Assembly: GCF_006345805.1 (NCBI RefSeq) | Contig: NC_042998.1 | Coordinates: 85,312,001-85,376,000 of the forward strand | Direction of reading: 5' to 3' | Source of the DNA: Octopus sinensis | Taxonomy: Eukaryota | DNA: 64,000 bases | In this document: one piece after another, positions 39,366 to 53,010 of the stretch | How the letters are laid out: each line of letters begins with the position of its first letter | How positions within the stretch are numbered: position 1 is the stretch's first letter | The notes under the pieces: generated by a model | Seen by the model: the letters and a program-made list of their open reading frames with translations, nothing else | Told to the model about the DNA's origin: nothing | The model's database searches: none | Translations under genes and position numbers: made by a program

Positions 39366-40658
39366 GTGTGAGTGTTTGCACCCAAACTGTTTGACCACTG
39401 ATACTGGTTTGTTTACATCACAACTTAGTGCAGCAAAAGAGACCTACAGAATAAGTACCAGACTTCATCTTTCTTTCAATATAAAAGGACTAAGGTGGCA
39501 AGATGGCAGAATCGTTAGGCAAAACGTGCCAGGCAAAATGCTGAGGTTGACTTTGCCTTTCATCCCTTTGGGGTCAATAAAATAAGCACCAGTTGAATAA
39601 TGGGGGCAATTTAACTGACTTAACCAACCCCTAAAATTGCTGGCTCTGTACCAAAATTTGAAACCAATATAAAAGGATTAACACTGTCATTTATTCTGTT
39701 CAAGGATGCGTAATGCTGATAAGTTGTAAGGTGCAGGGATAGTTGTGGGGTTTAGAAGTTCACTTCCCAATCACTTAGTTTCAGTTTCAGTCCCATGGTG
39801 AGGAGCCTTGGATAAGTGTCTTCTGCTATAGTTCCAAGCCAAACAAAGCCTGGCAAATCAATTTGCAAGACAAAATGTGCGTGTGTGTGCATGGTAGATT
39901 TTCCTGTCATAGACAACAAATGATTTCTGTAATTTCTTGCTCAGCAACCTGCACAGATAATTTGTTTATAGCGATTAAATGTTTGTGTTGTACATTAACT
40001 TACACCCTCCATCAAACTGACATTGCCTCTACAGAGGCACAGTGTGCCACACATCAGATGTCAAAGTGACTGCAAAGCAACATGAAGTAAAATGTTTTGA
40101 ACAAGAACACAAAACAGCAGCCGATTCAGAAATGACAACCACTTTCTTGCAATTGTGTGTGCAACACCTCATCTGCTAAACTATGCACCTTCAAACAAAC
40201 ACACACACACGTACGTATATATGTGTGTTCCCATGTCTTGACATTATGTGATAGTTGTAAACAAGTGTCCTATAAGCAGTATCATTTGTCTAATCTGTGA
40301 AAACATGTCCAGTTTATGGGGAAATATTACCTTACTCAGAAACAAGTGGTAGTTTGCAACAGGGAAGAAATCCAGCAGTAGAAAATATATACCATTAATT
40401 TCTGCTTGACCCATGCAAGCAAAGAAAAATTTATGTTAAAACAATGATGATGATAATTCAGCTTCATATGCTGAAAGCTGGTGGCTATAGGGAAAACTTG
40501 AATAGGGAGTTCTCAAAAACTGAAGTTGTGAGGAGAGAGGAAGTATAAATGACCTTACATGGAACTAGTTGAGGAAGCAGAAGTCACTACAGTAGCAATA
40601 GTGACAAAACATTAACCTATGAGGAATGTTTGTATTATGTGAGTGAAATTTAGCCTCT

Positions 40659-40892
40659 CAGTGGTTCTCAACCAGGATCCATATAAGATTTTGTTGATAA
40701 AGTTTATGTACAATAAATTGATTATACTTCTAATATACACAAAATGTTTTAATAATCATTTTTATGTAATTCGCAATAAAATTTAATTATAAAAATATAA
40801 TAGGACTTTTAAAACATTGAATGGCTTCGAACATCCAAGTAAAATAATAACCAAAGTGGTCCAAAAGTAAAAGAAATGGTTGAGAAACATTG
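40659..40892. mobile_element. hAT/Charlie-type MITE
   Basis: TIRs CAGTGGTTCTCAACC / GGTTGAGAAACATTG; TSD not preserved. Confidence 0.75.
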
Positions 40893-41697
40893 AGCTAGAT
40901 AGTCTTTGGAAGTGGACACAGATTAGGTAGTTAGAGATATGTGAGTACCATGAAAGACTGGTTTGTGAGACCTAACATTTGTAACAAGTTTGGAATGATG
41001 CTATTTAGCTTAAATAAGCCCTGGTTGAGCAACTTCATGATCAAAGATGTTCCAGCCATAACTCTATCCAGTGTATTTTAAAACCATGAATCTCTTTTCT
41101 TTTTTAAAAGATTATTGTGATTTGAGTGAAATTTAGCAGCTAATTCTAACTGTGAGGTGTTTCTGGGTGAAGAGGGTCTAGTATTGTAAAACTGTTTCTA
41201 ATGTGTGTATAATGACTGTCCTTTAGTGCCGTTCAGTAAAACATGGCTAACATGATTTCATTGGGAAATGTTTAGGAGGTTTGTTCAAATCTAGTTTAAG
41301 TTACATGAGGACTATATCTGAGGGCAGAAGGTTAAGGAGGAATGAAGGGTGAATTATCAGTATATGAATATGAGAGTGATTAGAATTAAGAATAACACAA
41401 GAATATACAGGAAATAGATGGGAAAACAGAACTGAAGATTACAGAGTTGATGGTTCATATGATATAACCAAAACACAACATTCAATGATGTAATGCATGC
41501 AACAGTTCACTGTTGTAAGGAATAGAAGCAGAGTAAATAATTAATTTAGCTGATGGTACTGAGTTCCACTCACCATCACAGGTTTAGCTAGGAAAATAAT
41601 GAGCTTTGCTAAATTGACTTGGTTTATTCTAGATACATTGCATAGTGAAAAAATCTTTTATACTGTCCCAATAACTCAGATGTGTGCATGAATATAT

Positions 41698-41985
41698 CAT
41701 CATCATTTAACATCAGCCTTCTATGCTGGCATGGGTTGGATGGTTTGACAGGAGCTAGCAAGCCAGAGGACTGCAACAAACTCTACTATCTGTTTTGGCA
41801 TGGTTTTTACAGTTGGATGCCTTTCTTAATGCCAGCCACTAAACAGAGTGGAGTGGGTGCTTTTTATGTGGCACCAGCACTGGCAAGGAATGTTTAGCAC
41901 AGTTTTTGTGGTTGGATGTCCTTCCTAATACCAACCACTATACAGAGTGGACTTGGTGCTTTATATGTTACACCAGTACTGGCAA
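41698..41985 (-). mobile_element. Family C relic with internal duplication
   Basis: GTTGGATG..ACAGAGTGGA..CACCAG.ACTGGCAAG occurs twice. Confidence 0.7.
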
Positions 41986-44084
41986 GACACACAATACATC
42001 CACACATTTTGAAGTTTCTCCAGCAGCAAATTTCATGAATAAGAAACACAGCCACTGGTTCTAGTTCATTTCTTTTTATTATTATTAGTTAATTGGATAT
42101 CAAGTTGACTAATAATGAAAGAGTGAAATAGAACCAGTGATTGCTTTTTATCAAAACGATCCTTCAAATTACACACACACACGCACAATTATTATCATCA
42201 GCATTATAATGTCTACTTTTCCATGTTTGCATGAATGAGACAAAAGGACACTGGACAGTTTTCAGTAGCCAGATGCCATTCCTGATGCCAACTCCAACCT
42301 GTTTCCTAGTGAGATAATAATTTTTTTCCAATCTATCAGACAACAGCCTGGATAAAAGCAGCAATTTCTGACACTGTCAGCCATCATTTACAACCAGCAA
42401 ACACATGTGAAGACAAGGGAAAATAAGGATGCATTCAAACACTTATATGCATACACACACACCCATACCTGAAAAGACCTTAAGCAAGGGCTCAAGTATT
42501 TCAGCTGATTATTCTTGAGCCAACTTGTGTGCTAGCTAAGGTTGTAAAGCAAACAAAGAGTTAATAAAAAGTGAGGGCCCAGTGGGATTTAAATCTAATC
42601 CCATCTCAACATTACCATAAAAAAACAAACAAGATTATCATATTAAACAAACCAATAAAATCTATTTTGTCATTTGACCTGTTCAATACAATTTCAACAT
42701 TTCCATTTGACAATCTCCCTACTATCATCATTAGGACAACTTCTTTGATCTATTCAATATAATAGAACAGCTCCCTATCAACTTAAAAAAGGAGGGAGGG
42801 AGAGAGAAAAGGTAGAGAAAGGAGAAATCACATGTTTAAATTTTAAATCTTGGGGCAACATTCTATAATGAAAACAGGAAGGTCATGACTGGAAATGTCA
42901 CGAATGATTGTATTCTTGTTTTGATGCATCATTTACCTCCAAGTCATAGCTTAAAGGTAGAGGATCAAACAGAGCTGACCCCCAAATCAAGTTGACATTA
43001 AAATACTTTGCATCAACAATGAGACATCAGGCATCATGATAGCGTATATTTACCACAATCTTGAATAGCACTGAGAGATCAGAAGACTTGACGGACAAAA
43101 GTAATATCATGCTATAAAAATCTCTAAGTAGTGTAAATTACCACAAAACTCCATGTATAATCTTTTTGTTGCATCCATTGGATTGTGGTCATGCTGTTGC
43201 ACTCCCGTGAAGGGTTTAATCAAACAAACTTCCCCCTTTATATATATTTTTTAAAAGTCTGACACTTATTCTATCAGTCTTTTTGCCAACTAAGTTAAAA
43301 GAATGTAAACAAACTAATACCTGTCATCAAGCAGTGTGGTGGTGGAGGTAAAACAGATACAAACACACACACGTGTGTGTGTGTGTGTGTGATTAACAGT
43401 TAATCACACGTGTGTGTGATTAACAGTTAACATCTGTTTTCTGTGCTTACATGGGATGGATGGTCTGATGAGAGCTGCCAGGGCCAGGAGCCACACCAGG
43501 TCCCATTGTTTTGTCATGGTTTCTACAGCTGGATGCTTTTCCTAATGCCAACCACTTTACAAAGTGGACTGGGGGCTTCTTATGTGATGCCAGTGTTTTT
43601 TGCACGGCACTATCACCAACAGGCTCACATAAGTACTTTGCAAGATAAAAAAAACCTTCAACTGAGAGTGAAGAATAGTATTGAGCAGGGTGTTGGCACT
43701 GTACTAGTTAGATTTAAAGGTATAGAGAATAGAGATAGATGTGTTACTGTCGAGTCGATACATGGATACCCCAGTTGGAAAACAAAGGTGGGCAAGACAC
43801 ATACAATAGGCTTCCACACAGTTTCTGTCTACTAAATTCACTCACAAGGTACTGGTTGGCCAAAGTGCTGTTCAGTGGGGCTGAACCCAAAATTACATGG
43901 TTACAGCACAATGTTTTTAACCACACATTCATACCTATATGTTTTTCAACAAAATAAAGATTAAAATTAGGGGTGCTTATAATGCATGGCACTGAGTTGC
44001 AAAGTTCACCCACATGCACAAACAAACTTACTGAAGAAAAACACAATACTGTAATAAAGCTTTATTAGCTTTAATTATATTTTC

Positions 44085-44415
44085 TTTTCTTGTTTTAGTC
44101 ATTTGACTGCAGCCATACTGGAGCACCACCTTTAGTCAAACAAATCAACCCCAGGATTTTTTCTTTTAATACTTACTCTATCGGTCTCTTTTGCCAAACC
44201 ACTAAGTTACAGGGATGTAAACACACCAACATTAGTTGTCAAGTAATGATGGGACAAACACAGACACACAAATACATATATATACGAAATCCACTCACAA
44301 GGCTTTGGTTGGCCCAAGGCCATAGTAGAAGACACTTGCCCAAAGTGCCACACAGTGGGACTGAACTTAGAACCATGCGGTTGGGAAGTAAGCTTCTTAC
44401 AACTCCTGCACCTAT
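44085..44415 (-). mobile_element. Family A SINE
   Basis: Similarity to 4130-4553. Confidence 0.85.
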
Positions 44416-46730
44416 ATATCAATTTATTTTACATAGATACTAAAAACTGCAATTCTGAATTATAGTAAATTATTTTTTCTTGTAAGAATTGTTTAATGCT
44501 GCTTATTATACATAAGGTTTTTGAGTCAGCAGGTTTTGTCCTTGACCAAAGCACTTCATTTAATGTTAATCCAATCTACTTAGGTAAAAAAGAGAACTAG
44601 TTGGGTGCTGGTGCTCTCTCTCCTTCCAGCTGTCACATTCTCAGTGTTCTACTGGGTCAAAAGAGGAAACCTGCAAAGGTGTTAGTTTGACAAGAAGTGA
44701 AACAATGAACAAAATCATCAAGTGATATTCAGCAGATAATGAGTACTTGCTGAGTGCTGGTGCAGCTCCCACTTCCTCCAGCTGTCACATCTTCAATGTT
44801 CAGCTGGATCAAAACCTAAGAGGTCCACATAAGTGCCTAAAACAATTAGTGATAACATGGTAAGTGCCACCAAGTGATAATACTTGACTATAAGTTTTAC
44901 TAATGAACAGAGTGACATCAGTTGCCAAGGTTATGAATAATGTTAATGAAACAGAGCATCAGAACTGCAATTCCCCAGTCACTTACACAAAAAGCAAGGG
45001 CTTGCTTTCTTTCTGTACCTTACAGCACTGCATCTAATCTATTTAATTTTCTTTAATGTTAACAAGAAACTACAAATTTGTAGATATGGAGTTAATTTAC
45101 TACCAACAGAACTTGACTGGTGGCTTATTTGACTATCCCAAGTGAATAAAAAGCATATACAATCCCAACAAGATTGTGTAAGGCACTCTTGTTATTATTA
45201 CTACCACCATCACCATCATCATTTATTATTCCACTAATCATGGATTTGAGAAATAGTATTTGTTTACAAGCATAAAATAACTAATGTAAAAAGGCTGTGA
45301 ATGAAGATGTTCTATGAATGCAGAATCAAAATAAAAAAAAATCCAAAATCCTTCCCTTCATCCTTGGTTGATAACTGATAACTAAAAATAGGAGTATTTA
45401 AAGCATTCATATACTTTTGTTTGAAAATCCACAACAGCCTGCAACATTTTTCTCCTGAAAGTCAATATGGCCTTTGCTGCTTTCTAAACTGTTCAGGCCT
45501 ATCATAATGGAGAGAGAGGGGGAGAGAGAGAGGTGAAAACATACATGATGCATGTGTGCACACACAAAACAAAATTTTGAATCATAGAATTAGGCCTTAT
45601 TAAATGCGTTTTAACTGGTTAGCTAACAACAGGTCACCTTATCTTTCAACAATGACTGCATAACTAAATGCTAAAGCATGACCCTATTCCACAGAACTAC
45701 TGTATTAAAAACAAAAATAATAATACATTACAAAATAAACTGAAGCAAACAATTCAAAAAGTGTGTCATTGACAATGAAGCTTTGAATGCGGTTTGTAAT
45801 TTTGGTTAACTGAGAAGGAATTTCTGAAACCTAAATATAACTTGCACATATTATCCAGACAGTTGGAACTGGTTTTGTAGTAAGAAAATCTACATGAACA
45901 AGCAATTTTGTTTCGTTTTAAAACGTGTGGTATATGGGATGAGGGGGGATATTATAATATGTTATCAGGTAAATATGTGTAAGTATTTCATTATTGCTTG
46001 CAAAATAGAATAAGAATTGCTAATTTAAAAGGCTTTTTAAAACTTTATTTTACAAGTTTTTTGTTTGTTTGTTTTTCAAAATTCTTCTTGGGTTGACACT
46101 TATTAGTTGCAATATCTTAACATTCTTTGAATATGGCACAACTGAAACCAAAGATGGGATGGAACACCCTTTTTTTTTTAAACAAGATTGTATGACTTAA
46201 CTGAAATTTATTTGATTGGTTGTGTTAAAATGGTGTAGAAATACCAACTTCTGCTTATAGATAACACTTTGCTTGCATGTTGGTACACATTTGTGTGCTT
46301 GCATGCATGTCCATGTGTTTGTATATAAGAATTAGTGGTAAAAGTCATAAAGGCTTTTGAAAATATTACTTTTTTTCTCTAGATTCAAAAGTATCAACTG
46401 ATTGAGAAGTTAACCTGCTTCCAGATCAGGGGTGCTCAAACTGGATATGTGTATACCTAGGAGTACAGTACACAAGTGAAATTGCAAAGGTACACAAGGT
46501 GTGTAAAAGCACTGGGATTTTAAAAGAATCTCAACCAGCTAAATGCAGCTTGCAAATACAGAAAATGTGTAGTATGCTGTTTGCTATTCCTATCCAATTA
46601 TCATTTTGGACAAGTATTTTCAGCAATGTTTATAACCCAAGAAAAATTTCATGCAAAATAGGCATGACTCTCTGAAATTGTGCCTAGAATTGAGTTACTT
46701 ATGCTCATCCATATCATATATATATATATA

Positions 46731-47506
46731 GGGTGAGAATTCACAAAAAACAAAAGACAAAAACAAGTGGTGTAGACAACAAACAGATGTATTAGTATAA
46801 TGCTCAGGAAGTGTAAAAGTCTTTAACGTTTTGAGTCTACGCTCTTCCACAGAAAGAAACAAGGAGAGAAAATAAAGAATGTGTAGTGGCTAGTGATCTA
46901 TCATGGCGAATGCCAAACAGAAGGGTCACACGGGAGAGCTAGGAAGAAGGGGAGATAATAAAGTAGTGGTGATCCCAAAATGAAGGTGCATGTGTGTGTG
47001 TGTGTGTATAAGTGAGTTTGTATGTGCGTGTGGAAGAGGGCTGGTGATCTTGACATGTGAGTGTGTGTAGGTGCAAAAATGTGGGTCTGTGAAGTGGTCA
47101 ATGCTAGTGTGTGCATGGTGGTGTGTTGTGTGGTATGGTGGCATAGGGTGTAGTGGTGTGTGTGATGGTGTTGGGTGGTGGGGGAGGCGAGTGGGGTGTG
47201 GGTTAGGCTTAGGGGGGTGGGGTGGGCTGACGATGAAGGAGAAGGTGGGTAGGAGAAAAGAAGTAGGAGTCAGAGCAAGAGAGGAGAGGTGGGTGGGAGA
47301 GAGGCGAGGGAGGAGAGTTGGACCCATGTGGCGCAAAGGAACAAAGAGAGAAGATCAATCCCTGTTCACGGCACACACGGGAGTCCGGATGGCCCCTGTG
47401 CAAGGACAATCTGAACATGGACAGGTGTTGCAAAGAGTGACCAGTAGAGTGGAAATGGCGTGAGATCATGGTGTCATTGCCGAGTCAGATGTCTCAGAGG
47501 TGTTTG
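46731..47506 (-). mobile_element. 5'-truncated Penelope-like retroelement: GIY-YIG endonuclease C-terminus plus 3' region
   Basis: KHL*DI*LGNDTMISRHFHSTGHSLQHLS..REQGLIFSLCSFAPHGSN resembles the PLE EH..HF...HS..E..I..L....P.GLN signature; hammerhead-like motif at 46824-46852; ends at a (TA)n run. Confidence 0.85.
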
Positions 47507-47848
47507 TTCTCTTAAGAACGTATAAGAGTACAAATAGAGCTCATTCACCCTTAGAATTCCCAAATAGCCAGTAGTATTCTTATGGTATGTTGCCAATTCT
47601 AGTCTTAGTTTCAAAGAAGAAGCTATGGATGTTATAGCATGGAAATCTAGATTTACTTATGGAGACAGCAACTGAGTATCGCCTGAGGAGATACATATAG
47701 ACCCTCTTATACAAGTAAACCGTTACATAATTTCATTTAAACTAAACTTTAAATCCATGTATCAAAACATTTGTAGTGATTAAAAAGTTGCCTAACCGTA
47801 CTTACTCTTCCTTTTGACTCTTTTACTTTATATGTATGTATGGATGGA

Positions 47849-47881
<33 letters not shown>

Positions 47882-50406
47882 TATATATATAACACAAAAA
47901 CATTAAATTAAGTGAAACTCATTTCTCATAAAGGCACAAAATTAGAAATTTGGGAGCAGGGAACAGTCAATTATACAGACCCTAGTATTTAACTGGTATT
48001 TTATTTTTCTTAACCTCAAAAAGGGGGTAATCAATTTAACTACTCCTAGATATGAGGATAAAAAACTGCACCTGTCTGACAAGCCATGCTGAACCAGTGT
48101 GGCAGAGTAGGCTCGTCAAACCAGTATGATCTCAACCTCAGATTCAAGGCTTCCTCATCTGACTGTGATTGAGAACATGCTAAGGCCTTTGTCCTGCAGT
48201 GGACTGACCATGGGCAATCCAGTCCAACCCCAGAAGGATAAAAACCAAAATTGACCACAATATGTTACTCAACCATTTTACACAAAGCAGCCAATCTATA
48301 AGGTGGAGCCTTTGTCAGTGGGAAGGCTGGTGCACTGCAAAGCTATTGAAGGAAGGTCTCAAAACAGCATACATGTTCTCTTGATGACTCCCGATACACA
48401 CCTGGTGTGTAGAAATTTCAATTGGCAGCATATGCACAAGCAAGTTGTTTCCAAATCAACACACTGGAAGGAAAAGTTTAAGGACACCTACAACCCAGTA
48501 AACCTGAGATAAACATTTAATTAGACATCCATCCACAAAATACAAACCGTTAAAGGCCTTTCAATCACATTACTTATCTACCTGGCTATATCACAACACC
48601 TCTATAAACCACTAGAGGAATATCTATTGCTAGAAACATCAATCAAATTTCCCCTAGACCATACACTATCCACATAAAAAGGAAGAACACATTCACAAAT
48701 GTAACTGAAGATCTCCATATAAAAAATGCAAGATCGATGGCTGGAACACCTTCAATCATAGGTCTGCTTGGTGAGAATTCACCTGGAGCAAATGAACTAT
48801 GTATTAGAATAACAATAAAGCAACTTGAGGTGACAAATTGGCAGGATTATTAGGGTGTTGGATAGAATGCCTTGTGATATTTGTTCTGATCCATTGCATA
48901 CTGAGTTCAAATCACACCAAGGCCAACTGTGCATTTCCTCTTTTCATGGTTGAATAAAAAAAAAAAAAGAACCAATCCAAGGTGGTGAATTAGCTAAACA
49001 ATTAGAACATAGGACAAGATGCTATTAGGAATATGTTTCAGCTCTTTGTGTTCTGACTGCAATGCCTATAATAGCACTGATGTCAAGTTGATTCAGTCCT
49101 AAGGTGGTGGTGTTTCCCTTGGTGCAGAGAGGGGAGACTACATGCATAGGTAAGAACCAGTCTTTTACAAAAATCCTTGTTCAGACACCTACACATACAG
49201 TTCTTAGTCAACCACGACCACCAGAGGCTTGTAGAAGGTGATTCTATGCAAATGATACAACTATTTCTTATGTAAATGACTCTTGAAGAACTTATGAAGA
49301 AGTTGGGTTGATTATCTTAAGAGTAGCAACATTTTAAAAAATACTTATTAATATTTTTCATTGCAGTCAATTTCCCATGGCGACAGACTAACAGATTTGG
49401 TAGAACAACAAATATAATACAATATAATGCCTTTTCATATTTAGCTCATTTATATTCTCAGTTCAAATCCTTCCAAGATTGACTATGTGTTTCAACCTTA
49501 CATGGTGAGTAAATTCCAACAAAGTACTGGTATTCATATGATCAACTGTTTCTTCCCAAAACTGTGTCGCCTCGGGCCTAAGTTACAAATCAATATTTTT
49601 GATTACAAACAAATCCAATAGACGCCAACAAGGAAAAACAGACATAATTCTAATGATGAATTACACCAATTAAAATTCTTGGTTTAACATAGTTTAATTA
49701 TTTTACATTCAATTGTACTATAATAACTTGACTAGATTGACAGGTTTTGAAAATTTCTATGCTAATTGTTGGAGCAAACACCTCTAACAAATAAATTAAC
49801 ATGGAATTGCAGAATGGCTCCCATTACCAGGAGAAGAGATTAGGCTGGATATCTAGTGTAATGTGACTTGGTCTTAAAGCACAGTTCAATACATAAGGTA
49901 AAGCTAAAATATCTGGTTTATGTTGTCTAAAAGAGGACATATCCAACACTTTAGTGTGTCAGCTTCTTCAGTTAATAGTTTCTTTCAGACTATGTTAAAG
50001 ATCTCATTCCTCTTTACCCCCATCGAAAGTGCCATTCTCTCTTGAAATCCTAGCTATTTTAGATGTGCTTTTATTATATCATTCCATACTCAATTTCGTA
50101 CACGAATAAATAAATAAATACTAACAACTAGGAGTGCAAACAGCTGTCTGTAGTTCTGTCAGGTCTATTAATTAATGAGATGAATGCAATCAGCACCAAG
50201 TAAAACCCTCTTTGAACTGTTAAAGTATTTCTGTCAACAACTCAAATCATTGAGGTGATGGGGTAGAAAGAACTCTCTCTCTCTCTCCCCTACTACCTAT
50301 TTCTTGCCAAAAAAAAAAAATGGAAAAGAAAAAAACACAAACATAAATTATGCTGCTACACCAAAGACAGCATCTCTTTTGAATAGCATTGGTAATTCTT
50401 ACTCAC

Positions 50407-50472
50407 CAAAGGGCTTGCGGTCTTCTAACATATTTTCCCTTGGCTCATTCCTCTCTTGATGATTCAGACTTT
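50407..50472 (-). CDS. 66-nt symmetric phase-1 exon, (E)SLNHQERNEPRENMLEDRKPF(G)
   Basis: Acceptor ttgttgtttttcaatag after a long pyrimidine tract, donor TTG|gtgagt; homologous to the 31.0-kb exon. Confidence 0.8.
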
Positions 50473-50759
50473 CTATTGAAAAACAACAACAAATTGAAAG
50501 ATAAAAATGATAAAAATAGAAATAAAGAGAGAAAAAGAGACAGAAAAGAAAAAAAAAAGAGAAGAAAAAAGAAACGAAAGGAAATGTTGCTGAATGTATG
50601 GCTAACTGAAGCACAACATTTATATGATTGGTCAATATTATACTGTCTATTTATGTGAATAGTTAGTAGTATTAAATAAGAGACATAACATTATGTGGTA
50701 TATATAAGATTATTAAACGAAATATTACATGATCTAATGTTAGTAATTAAATCGATACT

Positions 50760-50761
50760 CT

Positions 50762-50805
<44 letters not shown>

Positions 50806-50970
50806 ATGTATGTATATATATATATAAAGATAGATAGAAAGACATACATGAATAAATATATATATATATATATATATGCAAATATACATACATATATATA
50901 TATATATACACGCACACATGAATGAATATATATATATATGCAAATGTGTACGCATACATACATATATAAG
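50760..50970. repeat. (TA)n / (TACA) compound microsatellite
   Basis: Direct reading. Confidence 0.95.
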
Positions 50971-51454
50971 ATGGGTAACATAACTGATAATATATATTGT
51001 GCACAGATATTCAGATGACAATAACTACAGCATCCACTTTTTATTTAACCAACTACTGTGATTATTCAATAAAACCTTTGCTACACAATAAGCTCGTTAT
51101 GTATAATTATTTTGTGAATATTATATACAACAATATCAGTTGATGGATTAGTGCACAATATACTTGGTTAATTAATAGCATATTAATGGAAATATATAGT
51201 ATAGTTTAGAGATATATCAACTAAAAGTGTATATAATTGTACATGTGTGTGTGCATGAGAAAGAGTGCATGTTTACAAACCTCAGGGAAAATTACTCAAT
51301 ACACACAAGAGTTTATATATTTATTAAAATCGAGATGTCACCACACTATAAAGCACTCAGATTTGCTTTTCACTGCAACAAAAAGCTGAAATGCAAAACT
51401 GAATAATGATAGTGACATTTCCGATTTCGATATATATGTATAGACAGATACACA

Positions 51455-51845
51455 GATGCATGGCTATATGGTTAAGCAACTCACTTTGCGATCACATGGT
51501 TTTGGGGTTCAGATCTGTGCACAACTTTGACAACTGACTTCAAATATAGCCCAAGGTGGACTAATGCCTTGTAAGTGAATTTGGTAGACAGAAACTGTGT
51601 AGAAGCTCATTGTATACATGCGTGTGTCTTTGTGCCTGTCCCCCACCTCCACCACTATTTAATAACCAGTGTTGGTTTGTTTACATCCCTGTTACTAAGT
51701 GATTCAGCAAAAGAGACTGATAGAATGAATAAGTCCCAAACTTCAAAAAAAAAGTATTGGGATCAATTTGTTCAACTAAACTTTTCAACATGATGCTCCA
51801 GCATGGCTACAGTTCAATCACTGAAGCAAGTAGAAGATACAAGAG
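51455..51845 (+). mobile_element. Old family A SINE
   Basis: Degenerate head and tail TGCTCCAGCATGGCTACAG. Confidence 0.75.
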
Positions 51846-51961
51846 ACACACTTATTCATGATTACACAGATACATGTACATGTGTATGTGTGTCTGTCCA
51901 TTTTTGGCTACTTTTTCTCATGAGTTATAGTGTACATGAGTACTATATACAACAAGTTCAT

Positions 51962-51999
<38 letters not shown>

Positions 52000-52629
52000 A
52001 TATATGTATATATATATGTATATATATATGTATACACACACACATGTATGTATGTATGTATGCACACACACACACATCACTGTTTTAACAACCACATTTC
52101 CATGCTTGCATGGGCCAGACACAATTCATTGAGGCAAATTTTCTACAGCAGTGTGCCCTTCCTGTCCCTAACCCTCAACTATTTCCAAGCAAGGTTATAG
52201 TCCTCATGGCCGGGACACATTAGCATGGAAAATTGAAAATAACACCACTTCTATGACAGTTACAATCATTTTACAACTTTTGTGTGATGTGAAGGCAAAT
52301 GAACACAAACACTATCCACCAGAATAGCATGAACCTGTCAATTCCTACAAAATAAGAGAAAGATCCAATGTAATTTTCACTCAACATGATCAGGTGAAGT
52401 TTTTACACTGGATAACTCACTAAAGATCAGCAGCAAAAAAGGTCCAATGAAGTTTACATGCCACAAATTTTCACATGATAAACTTTTTAAAGAAATACAG
52501 AATTAGTGATGTAGCTACATGTTATTTGTATTGGTTCTTAAATTTTATGAAAGGCCTGACAGGAGCTGAATTAGAAGTCCATCTAGAGGGCAGCTTTTGG
52601 GCTACTATATATATATATATATATATATA

Positions 52630-53010
52630 TAGTTAATCCAAACAAGAAAGCACAAAAAAACACAACAACTCGAGGAAGCACAAACACATACACACACACA
52701 CATATATATGTATATATATAGACACACACACAGGTAAATATATATAAACATTATGTACATACACATGCATTTATATACATAAACATGTGCATACACAACT
52801 ATATATATGTAATCAAATCGAACATTAAAAATTGAACATTAACAACTGAACATAAAAAATAATGCTAACAAAACAACAAAGGGACATATATATGGAATGT
52901 GTTAGCTAAAACGCTCAGTAAAAGTGGGTAAAAAGAGTGAGTTTTTAACATTTCATGCATAGATTTTTGTCAGAAAGAGAAGGAAAAGTCCATGAAGTCT
53001 AAAAAAATAA
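52630..53010 (-). mobile_element. Penelope-like terminal relics within (TA)n
   Basis: Degenerate CTGAC..GAAATGTTA motif at 52946-52973; layout resembles 46731-46870. Confidence 0.45.

Noticed and set aside
46926-47463. 130-136-aa Pro/His- or Gly-rich ORFs
   Set aside because: Low-complexity 3' region of the Penelope-like relic
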